Notes under the pieces: model-generated | The model's database searches: none | The model's input: only the letters and a program-made list of their open reading frames with translations | What the model was told of the DNA's origin: nothing | Position numbers and translations under genes: made by a program | Source: Candidatus Micrarchaeota archaeon | GTDB taxonomy: Archaea > Micrarchaeota > Micrarchaeia > Norongarragalinales > SBBD01 | DNA length: 64,000 nucleotides | Assembly (NCBI GenBank): GCA_018819225.1 | Contig: JAHJQN010000004.1 | Coordinates: forward strand, 256,001-320,000 | Direction: 5' to 3' | Part shown: in pieces, positions 1 through 9,459 of the stretch | Layout: each line of letters opens with the position of its first letter | Position numbering within the stretch: position 1 is the first letter of the stretch

Positions 1-375
1 GCGGAACGTGACCCCGATCGGCACATTCGAAAAAAAGGCGACGCCCTCGGAATCCGTGATGCCCTCCAATCGTTCGTGAATGCCTTCCGTGTCCACCAAA
101 TAAACGGCGGCATTGATGACGGGAAATCCGTCGGCCGTCTGAATTTCGATGGCGACGTCCGATTGCTGAGGCCCTAACAGCGCGGTCCCCCCCAGTAAAA
201 AGAATCCGGCGCCGCCGATCAGAAGCAGCAATATTAAAACAAACGCGGGTAGCGACGGAATGCCTTTTTCTTCAAGGGTTTCGGCAACGCTCTTGAACGG
301 CAGTCCTTTTTCCTCGCTCCAATCCAAGAAATTGGCCCAACCATCCTGGATTTTTTCAAATAAGTCTTCTAGCAT
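1..375 (-). CDS. Membrane-anchored surface protein, N-terminal part (runs off window start)
   Basis: ATG at 375 reads MLEDLFEKIQDGWANFLDWSEEKG...IPSLPAFVLILLLLIGGAGFFLLGG (TM helix), followed by a beta-rich segment resembling carboxypeptidase-regulatory-like domains (ITDSEGVAFFSNVP); open to base 1. Confidence 0.65.
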   Translation of the reverse strand, partial: MLEDLFEKIQDGWANFLDWSEEKGLPFKSVAETLEEKGIPSLPAFVLILLLLIGGAGFFLLGGTALLGPQQSDVAIEIQTADGFPVINAAVYLVDTEGIHERLEGITDSEGVAFFSNVPIGVTFR

Positions 376-451
376 GGGGCTATCGTAGAAAATACTATTA
401 ACTCAGCTATTTAAAGGCTTACGAAAGCCGAAAAAAGCAACGGAATAATGG

Positions 452-790
452 TTAAGAAAACCGGCGAGGCAACGCGTAAATGGAACCGCATTTCTTGCAT
501 ACCTTCTCCTTGTGCTTCCAATTTAATTCAAACGAAGTCGATCCACATTCATTGCACGCCTTCACATCCGTTTTGTGAAAGTCTTTCCAGCCCGCCTTCC
601 CCTCACGAGCCACAAACGATTGATGCGAATAAGCCACGCGTTCTTTGTGGAGAGGCGACGGATGATCGGGTCGACCGCGTTTTTCGATCGCACGACGAAC
701 TTTCCGAGAACTGCAGCGCGGGCAATTCATCGGATCTTCTGCATCAAACTCCAACTTGCAATTTTCGCACGAGTACTTATCGGATTTCAT
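452..790 (-). CDS. Double zinc-ribbon protein
   Basis: Four CxxC pairs (CENC, CPRC, CNEC, CKKC); second pair TFIIB-like; same strand, 6 bp after ATP-cone gene. Confidence 0.7.
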   Translation of the reverse strand: MKSDKYSCENCKLEFDAEDPMNCPRCSSRKVRRAIEKRGRPDHPSPLHKERVAYSHQSFVAREGKAGWKDFHKTDVKACNECGSTSFELNWKHKEKVCKKCGSIYALPRRFS

Positions 791-796
791 GGGGCA

Positions 797-1075
797 TCAC
801 GTCGAAAACGCCTTGGTAGACGTTTTAAATTCAAGATATGCCTTCGCGAGATCGGGGTCTCGGGCCTTTAACAAATCGCCGACTTCTTCTTTCACGCATA
901 ACGTACTGATGACGCCGCCGTGCGTACGATCCTTTAATTTGGGAATCAGCTGCTCAAGGAGTTCCCGCGCGGTCGATTCCGAACCCCCGGCGTTCAAAAT
1001 ACTTTTCATCACCTTGTCCGGTGAAAACGGTTCGACGCTGCCGTCAAATTTTCGAACGTTTTGAATCTCTTCCAC
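797..1075 (-). CDS. Stand-alone ATP-cone domain protein
   Basis: VRKFDGSVEPFSPDKVMKSI...VISTLCVKEEV...AKAY, the ATP-cone signature. Confidence 0.8.
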   Translation of the reverse strand: MEEIQNVRKFDGSVEPFSPDKVMKSILNAGGSESTARELLEQLIPKLKDRTHGGVISTLCVKEEVGDLLKARDPDLAKAYLEFKTSTKAFST

Positions 1076-2072
1076 GCGGAATTTCCCTCAAAATATAGCG
1101 TACAAAGCGCGCCATTCCCTCATGCAAAAGAATACGGGGACGGAATCCCAGCACCCGTTTCGCCTTGGAAATGTCGTACCGACGATCTTCAGTAAGCGTA
1201 TGCAAATACGCATTATAAAATCTTTGCTTGCGTCCAAGCAACCGGTCGCGAAAACGGAATCCCGCGAACAGGATGAAGGCGGCCGACCGCGAAATATGTT
1301 TCGTGGGAGGCGATGCACCGAAAGCCGTCGCCAATTCCGAAAACAATTGTTTCTGGGTGTGCGTTTCGCCGGAAGTAATGATGAAATCCTCCCGGCCTTT
1401 TTTCAACATCAACGCGCGGCGTATCGCTTGCACCACATCGTCCACGAAAATCAAGGGAATCGCATTCTCACCGGATCCGATCGTGCGCAATTGTCCTTTA
1501 CGCAGCATGCGCACCATGAATTCAAATCCGGATGTGAATCCTTCGCCGTAGATAATGGGCGGGCGTAAAATCACGTAGTCCAAATGACTTTCCTTCAACG
1601 CGGTTTCGGATGCCCGCTTGCTTCGACCGTACGGGCTAACGGGTTGGAACGGCGTGCGTTCATCGATGCGTTTTCCGCGAGGAGACTTAATGCCTCGGTA
1701 GACCGAGGTGGATGAAAGAAATACGAATCGCCTCACGCCCTTCAATTCAGCCGCCCGAATCAATTGAAGCGTCCCTTTGTAATTAACCGTCCAATGGCGG
1801 GTCTCCGGAGCCCCGTAATCGATGAGAGCCGCCAAGTGAATCAGGCGATCCACGTGTTGGCAGGCTTCCGTCAACCCAATAAAGTCCGAAGAAGACAGGT
1901 CGTGGGAAACGACTTGAACGCGATTTCCGAACAAGCGCTTCGCTTTAATGGGATCACGGACCAGAACGCGAATCCTTTTGCGAAAATTTTTTTGCGCTAA
2001 TAAGTCGTTGACGATCGCGGTTCCTAAACGACCCGTCGCTCCGGTCACCAGAATCCAGCCGTTCCGAGTCAT
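1044..2072 (-). CDS. NAD-dependent epimerase/dehydratase (extended SDR)
   Basis: GATGRLG, HLAA, SSTSVY and YGRSK motifs. Confidence 0.9.
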   Translation of the reverse strand: MTRNGWILVTGATGRLGTAIVNDLLAQKNFRKRIRVLVRDPIKAKRLFGNRVQVVSHDLSSSDFIGLTEACQHVDRLIHLAALIDYGAPETRHWTVNYKGTLQLIRAAELKGVRRFVFLSSTSVYRGIKSPRGKRIDERTPFQPVSPYGRSKRASETALKESHLDYVILRPPIIYGEGFTSGFEFMVRMLRKGQLRTIGSGENAIPLIFVDDVVQAIRRALMLKKGREDFIITSGETHTQKQLFSELATAFGASPPTKHISRSAAFILFAGFRFRDRLLGRKQRFYNAYLHTLTEDRRYDISKAKRVLGFRPRILLHEGMARFVRYILREIPRGRDSKRSKI

Positions 2073-2116
2073 GAACTACAACAGAAATCTCCGATATATA
2101 AACCTCAAGGAGAGCG

Positions 2117-5100
2117 CTAATCGTGCAGCGCGTTCAACGATACCAACGAGAAAGGCGAGCGAACCACGCGCATCGAACGAGCCAGTTGAAGCGCCAAATA
2201 CGCGCTCGTGAGCACGGGCAGGCCTCGTTGAACCGCTTCCCTGCGCAATGCAGAATCAGATCGAGCGTTGGAGCGGCTGCGAATCCCGTCAATGATGAAC
2301 GAGATCTCTCCGTTCCTCAGATGAGTAAGCGCTTCTTCGGGGGACCACGCCGGTAAAACGCGAATGCCCGCTTCCCTGAACGCATTGACCAACGCCTTGC
2401 GCCACTTTCCGCATGATCCGATGTAAACGGTTGGACCGAAGGAATGCCCTGCGGCGCTCATGGCCTTCAAGAATGCTTCTTCAAAAGTCGGCGCGACGCC
2501 CATGACTTCTCCCGTGCTCTTCATTTCAGGCGACAACACGGGATCGACATCCGCAAATTTTCGAAACGGAAACACGGGGGCTTTCACCGCATAGTATCCT
2601 TTCGGGGGAATCAGTTCGCGATCGAAATCCTTGAAGTATTCCGTCAGCTTCCCGCCCACTTGAATGGATGCCGCAATTTTCGCTAATGGAATGCCGGTCG
2701 CCTTACTCAAAAAAGGAATCGTGCGGGAAGCCCGCGGATTCACTTCCAAAACGTATACCGCATCGCCTTTCACGGCCATTTGAATGTTGACGAGTCCAAG
2801 AATATGAAACGAACGGCAAATATCGATAGTGAAACGGCGGATTTTTTTCATGGCTTCCTTTGAAATACGAACCGTTGGCAATACGCATGAAGAATCTCCG
2901 GAATGCACGCCCGCTTCCTCGATTTGTTCCATAATGCCGGCCAATTTAGTGTGCGTACCGTCCGCGAGCGCGTCCACGTCGACTTCGATGGCATCCTCCA
3001 GGAAACGGTCCATTAAAATCGCGTAGTTCCCAGAAACGAAAAGCGCTTCGTCCACGACGTCTAAAAGTTGAGACTCGTCGTATACGATTTCCATGGCCCG
3101 ACCTCCGAGAACGTAGGAAGGACGGACGAGCAACGGATAGGAAATGCCGCGGGCGATGCCGACGGCTTCCTCGCGCGTAAATGCGGTGCCGCTCTCGACG
3201 GTGGGAATCCGAAGACGTTGCATCACGTTTTTGAAACGTTTTCGATTCTGCGAAGCGTCAATATCGGAAATGGAAGTGCCCAGCACGTTGATACCATTCT
3301 CATGCAAGGGGAGCGCCAAATTCACGGCGGTTTGGCCTCCGAATTGAACCAAAACACCTTCCACTGGATCGCGTTGAAGAACATGCAAGACGTTTTCGGT
3401 TGTTAAAGGCTCGAAATACAGTTTATCCGCGATATCAAAGTCGGTACTCACGGTTTCGGGATTATTGTTGATGATGAGGGTCTCAAAGCCTTTTTCCTTG
3501 AGAGCCAGTACGGCGTGAACCGAGCAATAGTCGAATTCGATGCCCTGACCGATGCGTATAGGACCCGAACCCAAAATCGCGATCTTCCGACGTTTTTTCT
3601 TCACCAGAATCTGCGATTCGTCCAACGCATCATACGAGGAATAATAGTAAGGGGTTTTAGCAGGAAACTCCGCGGAACATGTATCGACCATCTTGAATAC
3701 CGGCGTCATGTGATGCTGGTTCCGGAAAAAGCGAATGGATGACGTGGATAGGCCGGACAAGCGACTGATGTCTTGATCCGAAAACCCGTCTTGCTTTGCC
3801 CGATGCATTAACGCCATGCCCGGCTCGTCCGCTTTCAAACGTTTCAACTCGTTTTCCATCCGCGCAACGCGCTCGATGCGTTCAATAAACCACGGGTGAA
3901 TCATCGTGCGCTTGGCGATCTCGGAAACGGACATGCGTCGAGTTGAAAGTAATTCTTGGATGGCCAGCAAGCGTAATTCATTGGGTTGCAACCACTCGTT
4001 AATCGTCTTTTCATCATCAAAACGGAAATCCGTTTTTACCTGCATTTCCAGAGAATGCATCGCTTTGTGTAAGCACGCCTCGAACGAGCGCTCGATCGCC
4101 ATGACTTCCCCCGTGCTCTTCATCTGCGTACCCAAGCCGCGTTGGGCCCGCAACTTGTCAAACGGCCATTTAGGAATCTTGAGTACCACGTAATCCAGCG
4201 AGGGTTCAAAAGCAGCGGATTGACCCGTCATACGATTCTCAATCTCATGCAACGAGTAACCCAGAGCAATCTTCGTGGCCACTCGCGCAATGGGATACCC
4301 CGTGGCTTTGGACGCGAGAGCGGAGGAGCGCGAGGTTCTTGGATTCACTTCAATGATCCAGTACTCCCCATTCTTCTGATTCAAAGCGAATTGGATATTG
4401 CATGCCCCACGCACTCCAAGAGCACGAACGATTTTGATTGCGGAGGCTCTCAAAAAATGGTATTCCTTATCCGTCAGAGTTTGCGAAGGCGCGACCACCA
4501 TGCTTTCTCCCGTATGCACGCCCATCGCATCCAAATTTTCCATGTTGCAAATCGTAATGCAATTGTCTTCCGCGTCCCGAATGACTTCATACTCAAATTC
4601 CGCCAGTCCCTCAAGACTTCGTTCGATTAATGCGGAGCGCGTCGCACTCAATTCCAATGCCCGAAGCACCGCCGGTTCAAATTCCTCGTCGCGGTGCACG
4701 ATTCCACTCCCGGTTCCCCCTAACGTGAAATCCGGCCGGATAATGAGCGGCAAGCCCAATTTTTTCAACGCGCCCCGAGCTTGCTCGAGCGACGTGCATC
4801 GTTGGCTTGGAGGAACCGGTTCCTTAATGCGTTTCATGAGTGCTTGAAACTGTTCCCGGTCCTCCGCTAATTGAATGGTTTCAATGGAAGTACCCAATAA
4901 CGTTATGCCGTGTTTTTTCAGAACCTCTTTTAATTCAATGGCGAGGTTGAGGCCGGTTTGACCGGCCATGGTGGCAATCATCGCCTCCGGTTTTTCCTTT
5001 TCAATGACGCGGGTAAGGGTTTCTTTGGTTAACGGTTCAATATAGATTTTGTCCGCGAACTCGAAATCCGTTTGAATCGTGGCCGGGTTGCTGTTCACTA

Positions 5101-5233
5101 GTATGATGCGCACGCCTTCTTCCTTCAGCGCTTTACAGCACTGCGTTCCCGAATAATCGAACTCGGCCGCTTGACCAATCACGATGGGCCCGCTTCCGAT
5201 GACCAACACGTTTTTTGGAACGGTTTTTTTCAT
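2117..5233 (-). CDS. carB: Carbamoyl-phosphate synthase large subunit
   Basis: GSGPIVIGQAAEFDYSG, duplicated ATP-grasp domains, EVNPRTSRS/EVNPRASRT, MKSTGEVM. Confidence 0.98.
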   Translation of the reverse strand: MKKTVPKNVLVIGSGPIVIGQAAEFDYSGTQCCKALKEEGVRIILVNSNPATIQTDFEFADKIYIEPLTKETLTRVIEKEKPEAMIATMAGQTGLNLAIELKEVLKKHGITLLGTSIETIQLAEDREQFQALMKRIKEPVPPSQRCTSLEQARGALKKLGLPLIIRPDFTLGGTGSGIVHRDEEFEPAVLRALELSATRSALIERSLEGLAEFEYEVIRDAEDNCITICNMENLDAMGVHTGESMVVAPSQTLTDKEYHFLRASAIKIVRALGVRGACNIQFALNQKNGEYWIIEVNPRTSRSSALASKATGYPIARVATKIALGYSLHEIENRMTGQSAAFEPSLDYVVLKIPKWPFDKLRAQRGLGTQMKSTGEVMAIERSFEACLHKAMHSLEMQVKTDFRFDDEKTINEWLQPNELRLLAIQELLSTRRMSVSEIAKRTMIHPWFIERIERVARMENELKRLKADEPGMALMHRAKQDGFSDQDISRLSGLSTSSIRFFRNQHHMTPVFKMVDTCSAEFPAKTPYYYSSYDALDESQILVKKKRRKIAILGSGPIRIGQGIEFDYCSVHAVLALKEKGFETLIINNNPETVSTDFDIADKLYFEPLTTENVLHVLQRDPVEGVLVQFGGQTAVNLALPLHENGINVLGTSISDIDASQNRKRFKNVMQRLRIPTVESGTAFTREEAVGIARGISYPLLVRPSYVLGGRAMEIVYDESQLLDVVDEALFVSGNYAILMDRFLEDAIEVDVDALADGTHTKLAGIMEQIEEAGVHSGDSSCVLPTVRISKEAMKKIRRFTIDICRSFHILGLVNIQMAVKGDAVYVLEVNPRASRTIPFLSKATGIPLAKIAASIQVGGKLTEYFKDFDRELIPPKGYYAVKAPVFPFRKFADVDPVLSPEMKSTGEVMGVAPTFEEAFLKAMSAAGHSFGPTVYIGSCGKWRKALVNAFREAGIRVLPAWSPEEALTHLRNGEISFIIDGIRSRSNARSDSALRREAVQRGLPVLTSAYLALQLARSMRVVRSPFSLVSLNALHD

Positions 5234-6336
5234 AAGGATTTCACGAACTCATCGAATAATTCATTCGAATCTTTCGGGCCCACATGGCCCTCCGGATGAA
5301 ACTGGCACGAGAAAATGGGCAAGGTCTTGTGGCGCAGCCCCTCGTTGGTTCCATCATTGCAATTCTCATACAAGGGAAGAACATCGGAAGGCAAATCCGT
5401 CACCGCAAAACCGTGATTCTGCGAAGTAATGAAGAGGCGCTGCGTTTCCAGATTGCGGACCGCGTGGTTGCTGCCGCGGTGACCAAACGTGAGTTTGAAC
5501 GTTTTCGCACCCAACGCGAGTGCCAGCACTTGATTTCCTAAACAAATGCCGAACAACGGTTTTTCCGCCAGCAGTTGTTTGGCCGTTGCGACGGTTTTTT
5601 TCATCATGGTGGGATCGCCCGGGCCGTTGGAAAACAATAGGCCGTCCACGCGATCGCGCATGATCTCTTCAGCAGACGTTTGGTAAGGATAGACGGTCAC
5701 GTTCATTCCGCGAAGCAATAACTCTTGGAGCATGCTCGTTTTACCGCCGCAGTCAATGAACGCCACGTGTTTTTTCGCGTTCTGGACGACGTGTTTTTTC
5801 TTTTCGGGTACGCTGACTTCCCGCACGAAATCAATTTCCGAATACCGGTATTTGGTTATAGTGGATTGCAATGCGCGAACTTGGTCTTCAACGCTTTGAG
5901 ACGGATCGCGTCGTGCCACCGCACACGGAACCACCCCGGATTCCCGCACGCGTCGAACAATGGCACGGGTATCCACACGGTGAATTCCCGGAATGTCTTG
6001 CGTTTTCATCCATTCATCTAACGAGGAACGGGCTTTGTAATGCGAATAGAACGAAGTCACTTCACGGCAAACCATGGCTTTGACATGAATGCGCTGCGAT
6101 TCATTGTCTTCTTCATTGATCCCGTAATTGCCAAGGAGAGGGTAAGCAAACGTGAGCACTTGTCCCGCATAAGAAGGATCCGTCATGGCTTCCTGATAGC
6201 CCGTCATAGAGGTATTGAAAACGAGTTCTCCAATCGTTGTGCGATCAGAACCGAATCCTTCACCGAGAAAAAAGGAGGCGTCTTGCAACACCAGAAGCGC
6301 ATCTTTCGCACTAACCCCTCCTCTCGTGAAAGACAT
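5230..6336 (-). CDS. carA: Carbamoyl-phosphate synthase small subunit
   Basis: GELVFNTSMTGYQE, SNGPGDP, GICLG, QFHPE. Confidence 0.98.
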   Translation of the reverse strand: MSFTRGGVSAKDALLVLQDASFFLGEGFGSDRTTIGELVFNTSMTGYQEAMTDPSYAGQVLTFAYPLLGNYGINEEDNESQRIHVKAMVCREVTSFYSHYKARSSLDEWMKTQDIPGIHRVDTRAIVRRVRESGVVPCAVARRDPSQSVEDQVRALQSTITKYRYSEIDFVREVSVPEKKKHVVQNAKKHVAFIDCGGKTSMLQELLLRGMNVTVYPYQTSAEEIMRDRVDGLLFSNGPGDPTMMKKTVATAKQLLAEKPLFGICLGNQVLALALGAKTFKLTFGHRGSNHAVRNLETQRLFITSQNHGFAVTDLPSDVLPLYENCNDGTNEGLRHKTLPIFSCQFHPEGHVGPKDSNELFDEFVKSL

Positions 6337-6390
6337 GAGAATCAGAATTAATAAAAGAGGCTTCAGTTATTTAAATGGATCGGCGGGTGT

Positions 6391-6687
6391 TTAAGAAGAA
6401 CGGCGTTGACGAACCGCAAACAGAGCAAAAACGGCCATTATCAAGCCCATCCAAACCGGTATATCCGGCGTTGACCCCTGAACGTCGCCAGTGCGCTGAA
6501 TCGTGCACGAAGCGCTTCCGAGATCAGCCACAAGCGCTTGCAAGTGGTAATCGCCTAATGTGAATGGTTTCCACGCGATATGCGACGAACCCATCGCCTT
6601 CCTCTTCCACGATGCTTGGCGAACCCGTCAACAGAATATCGGAATCAGAAAAAGAAATAAGAAGCAATGAAAGCGTCGGGCGATCAT
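6391..6687 (-). pseudogene. Small secreted/anchored protein with an in-frame TGA at codon 20 (possible remnant)
   Basis: ATG 6687 gives hydrophobic MIARRFHCFLFLFLIPIFC, then TGA (6628-6630); same frame continues into ORF 6391..6594 ending TPDIPVWMGLIMAVFALFAVRQRRSS (sorting-signal-like tail). Confidence 0.35.
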
Positions 6688-6773
6688 ACATTGAGAATAG
6701 GCCCGTTGAATAAAAACGTTCAGCTTGAAGGAAGGCACAAAAGGATTTAATATCCAGAACCAGTTAACTTCCC

Positions 6774-7472
6774 ATGCTCTTTTTGGATACCGTGCTGAAG
6801 ACGTTCGCCAAGATATTCCGAGTCATCAACCAACGGCGCACGGTCCTGATCATGCTATTGATCGGAGGACCCGTATCCATTTACTTGTTTCAAGACTTAT
6901 GGATGAAACAAGAATTCACGATTCAGATTATCGCGGTATACGTTCTGGCCTTGTTACCCTTGATGCTCTATAAAGCATTTCTGTATTTTATACTCGCGAT
7001 ATTCGATGTACTCGTGATGTCCTTTGCAGACTACAGCCAAGTATACGAGCTCGATTTCGAACGCGTGCGCGCGCGCATCTCCTCCATTTTATACGAACAC
7101 AAAGTGAAATACCAGTCACTCGAAAAACTGGCTCTGGGAGGCGAACGAGGGCTACTGGCCGCATATCGCTCCATTTTCAAGACGAATTACCCGCTGATTT
7201 TTGTTTGTGCGGACGAACCGTTTATTGTCATTAAAATCTTCCAGAAAATTCAAGCCCCCAACCTCGTGCGCATCCGACAGCAGTTGCGACCCCATCAAAA
7301 CATCCGCATTCACATATTTACGAGCCAGGATCCCAAAGCGAAGGTGGTGGCTAAGCTGATCATCAACTCGTTGCAGATTCTAAATCAAGATCACATGCAA
7401 GCACTTGAAAAAGGAAAATTCAATGAAGCCATTGACGTGACCGTCCCTCTCTCCAAAAAAAAGGCGAAATGA
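6774..7472 (+). CDS. Hypothetical membrane protein (paralog of next gene)
   Basis: Two N-terminal TM helices plus soluble domain; TTTAATA box upstream. Confidence 0.7.
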   Translation: MLFLDTVLKTFAKIFRVINQRRTVLIMLLIGGPVSIYLFQDLWMKQEFTIQIIAVYVLALLPLMLYKAFLYFILAIFDVLVMSFADYSQVYELDFERVRARISSILYEHKVKYQSLEKLALGGERGLLAAYRSIFKTNYPLIFVCADEPFIVIKIFQKIQAPNLVRIRQQLRPHQNIRIHIFTSQDPKAKVVAKLIINSLQILNQDHMQALEKGKFNEAIDVTVPLSKKKAK

Positions 7473-7473
7473 A

Positions 7474-8067
7474 ATGGGCGGTTTAGAATCAGCGTACGAT
7501 GCCATCGAAATCATGAGTGCGCGGGCGTTGTCGATTCTACTCATTATAGCGGGAATCGTATTGGCGATTCTCTTGTTTCCGGAATTGTATCATGAAGGCC
7601 TCGGGAAAAAAGACATTGTCATTGAAATCCTCGTCATATTTTTGCCTTATCTGACTTTAAAAGTTCTGACGCTCCTCTTGGCCGCATGGATTGAAATTTC
7701 GGCGTCCACCCATCACGATTATCAGCGCCAATACGGTATGGGAGTCGAAAAGGCTAAAGCCCGATTGTTCCGCATCCTTTATGAAAAAAAGGCCCGATAT
7801 TATTTCTTGTCCAATACCGCATTGGGCATTGAACGTGCGCTCCTCATACCCATTCAAGAAATTCTCGCGAACACCTCTAAATGGAACGGGATGCCGATTG
7901 TGATCATCACCAAACGACCGTTCATGGTCATCCACATTCGCCATCGATGGGAAAAGGAACGGGATCTCGTTGAAATTCAGATTGCGGCGGAAGACCCGCC
8001 AGCGCGCATCCTCGCCAAAGTGATCACGAGTTCCCTGGAAGCGCTATCCCGAGAGCAAAAAGAGTAA
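7474..8067 (+). CDS. Hypothetical membrane protein (paralog of previous gene)
   Basis: KARLFRILYEKKARY...LGIERALL...PFMVIHI...DPPARILAKVI vs RARISSILYEHKVKY...LGGERGLL...PFIVIKI...DPKAKVVAKLI. Confidence 0.7.
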   Translation: MGGLESAYDAIEIMSARALSILLIIAGIVLAILLFPELYHEGLGKKDIVIEILVIFLPYLTLKVLTLLLAAWIEISASTHHDYQRQYGMGVEKAKARLFRILYEKKARYYFLSNTALGIERALLIPIQEILANTSKWNGMPIVIITKRPFMVIHIRHRWEKERDLVEIQIAAEDPPARILAKVITSSLEALSREQKE

Positions 8068-8134
8068 AAATCAACGATTCGTTGATTCGCGGTATACCCA
8101 ATCCATATAGCATGCGAAGAATACGCAAAACGTC

Positions 8135-9451
8135 ATGGATTGGGGATGGCAGATAACGACTCAAGCGGATGCCACGTATACGTTGGATTCCCGTTGGATA
8201 CTGAATCCAACCGAACGCTTTATCTACGAGACGCTGTACAGTCAATTAAAAAATAAAAAAGACATTTCTTTGAACGAACTGCCGGAGCACCTATTCCGAT
8301 TGTGCGAACGTCGAAATCATGCTCTAAAAAGCGATCGGGCCCGCACCATTATCCAATTGGTTCAAATGAACGTGGAAGGATTCGGGATACTCGATCCGTT
8401 ACTCCACGATGATCGGATTGAGGAAATTGCGGTTTGGACGACGAATGAACCGATTCGAGTCTACCTTCGCGAAAAAGGGTGGCAGAAAACCAACGCGGTA
8501 TTTACGTCCAACGAATCCTTAATTTCCTTGATCAATAAGATGGCGCGACCCCTGGGAAGGCGGCTTTCATATCAAACGCCGCGCATCAACGCGTTCTTGC
8601 CAAACGGTAATCGGTTGCATGCGGCCATCCCACCCGTTACGTTAAACGGAACCACGCTCACGATTCGGCGGTTCCGCGAATCCCCTTGGAGTATCACCGA
8701 TTTGGTTCGGAATGGAACGATATCCGCAGACGCCGCCGCATGTGTTTGGATGGCGTGCCTAACCGATACGAACATACTGATTGCAGGGAACACGGGAAGC
8801 GGTAAAACGTCATTCCTCAATGCGTTATTTGCATTTGTTCCCATCCAGGAACGCATCGTTCTCGTCGAAGAGACCCCGGAGATCCGTATTCCGCAGACGC
8901 ATTGCGTGCGGTTAATGGCCCATACCGGATGGGGTATCACGATGAGCAGTCTCGTTCTGGATACGCTGCGCATGCGACCCGACCGGCTCGTGATAGGAGA
9001 ATCCCGGTCCGAAGAAGAAGTGCGCGCGTTGTTCGACGCATTATCTTCAGGACAAGCCAAGGGAACGTTTGCAACGTACCATGCCCGAACGGCATCGGAG
9101 GCCTTGCATCGGTTGAAAGCACAAGGAATTCGCGATTATGAAATGAGCGCCCTGGACTTGATCGTCGTTTTGAGGAGATACGATTTTTTCAAGGGTCATC
9201 AGTCGACGGAACGTCGAAAAGTCATGGAGATCGCATGCATTGAAAACGGAGAATGTAAAACGCTGAAAACCGTTAACGATCCGTATCGTTTAGGAACTTC
9301 AAGTGCATTCGGGAAAAAAATGGTGAACGCGTTCGGAGGGTTATCCGCGCATCAAAAGCAGTGGAGGAGACGGTCCCAGTTCATTAAAGCCCTCGCGGAT
9401 CGTCGTGCGGATCCGACGGAAACCACTCATGCACTGCAATCGTTTCGATAA
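8135..9451 (+). CDS. Type II/IV secretion ATPase (CpaF/VirB11/FlaI family)
   Basis: Walker A GNTGSGKT, Asp box EETPE, LRMRPDRLVIGE, TYHA, IRRFR. Confidence 0.92.
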   Translation: MDWGWQITTQADATYTLDSRWILNPTERFIYETLYSQLKNKKDISLNELPEHLFRLCERRNHALKSDRARTIIQLVQMNVEGFGILDPLLHDDRIEEIAVWTTNEPIRVYLREKGWQKTNAVFTSNESLISLINKMARPLGRRLSYQTPRINAFLPNGNRLHAAIPPVTLNGTTLTIRRFRESPWSITDLVRNGTISADAAACVWMACLTDTNILIAGNTGSGKTSFLNALFAFVPIQERIVLVEETPEIRIPQTHCVRLMAHTGWGITMSSLVLDTLRMRPDRLVIGESRSEEEVRALFDALSSGQAKGTFATYHARTASEALHRLKAQGIRDYEMSALDLIVVLRRYDFFKGHQSTERRKVMEIACIENGECKTLKTVNDPYRLGTSSAFGKKMVNAFGGLSAHQKQWRRRSQFIKALADRRADPTETTHALQSFR

Positions 9452-9459
9452 AAAACGGG

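Noticed and set aside
6322-6340. TGTCRYGACA-like sites at the carA start
   Set aside because: Poor matches, 9-bp spacing and inside the coding sequence; likely chance
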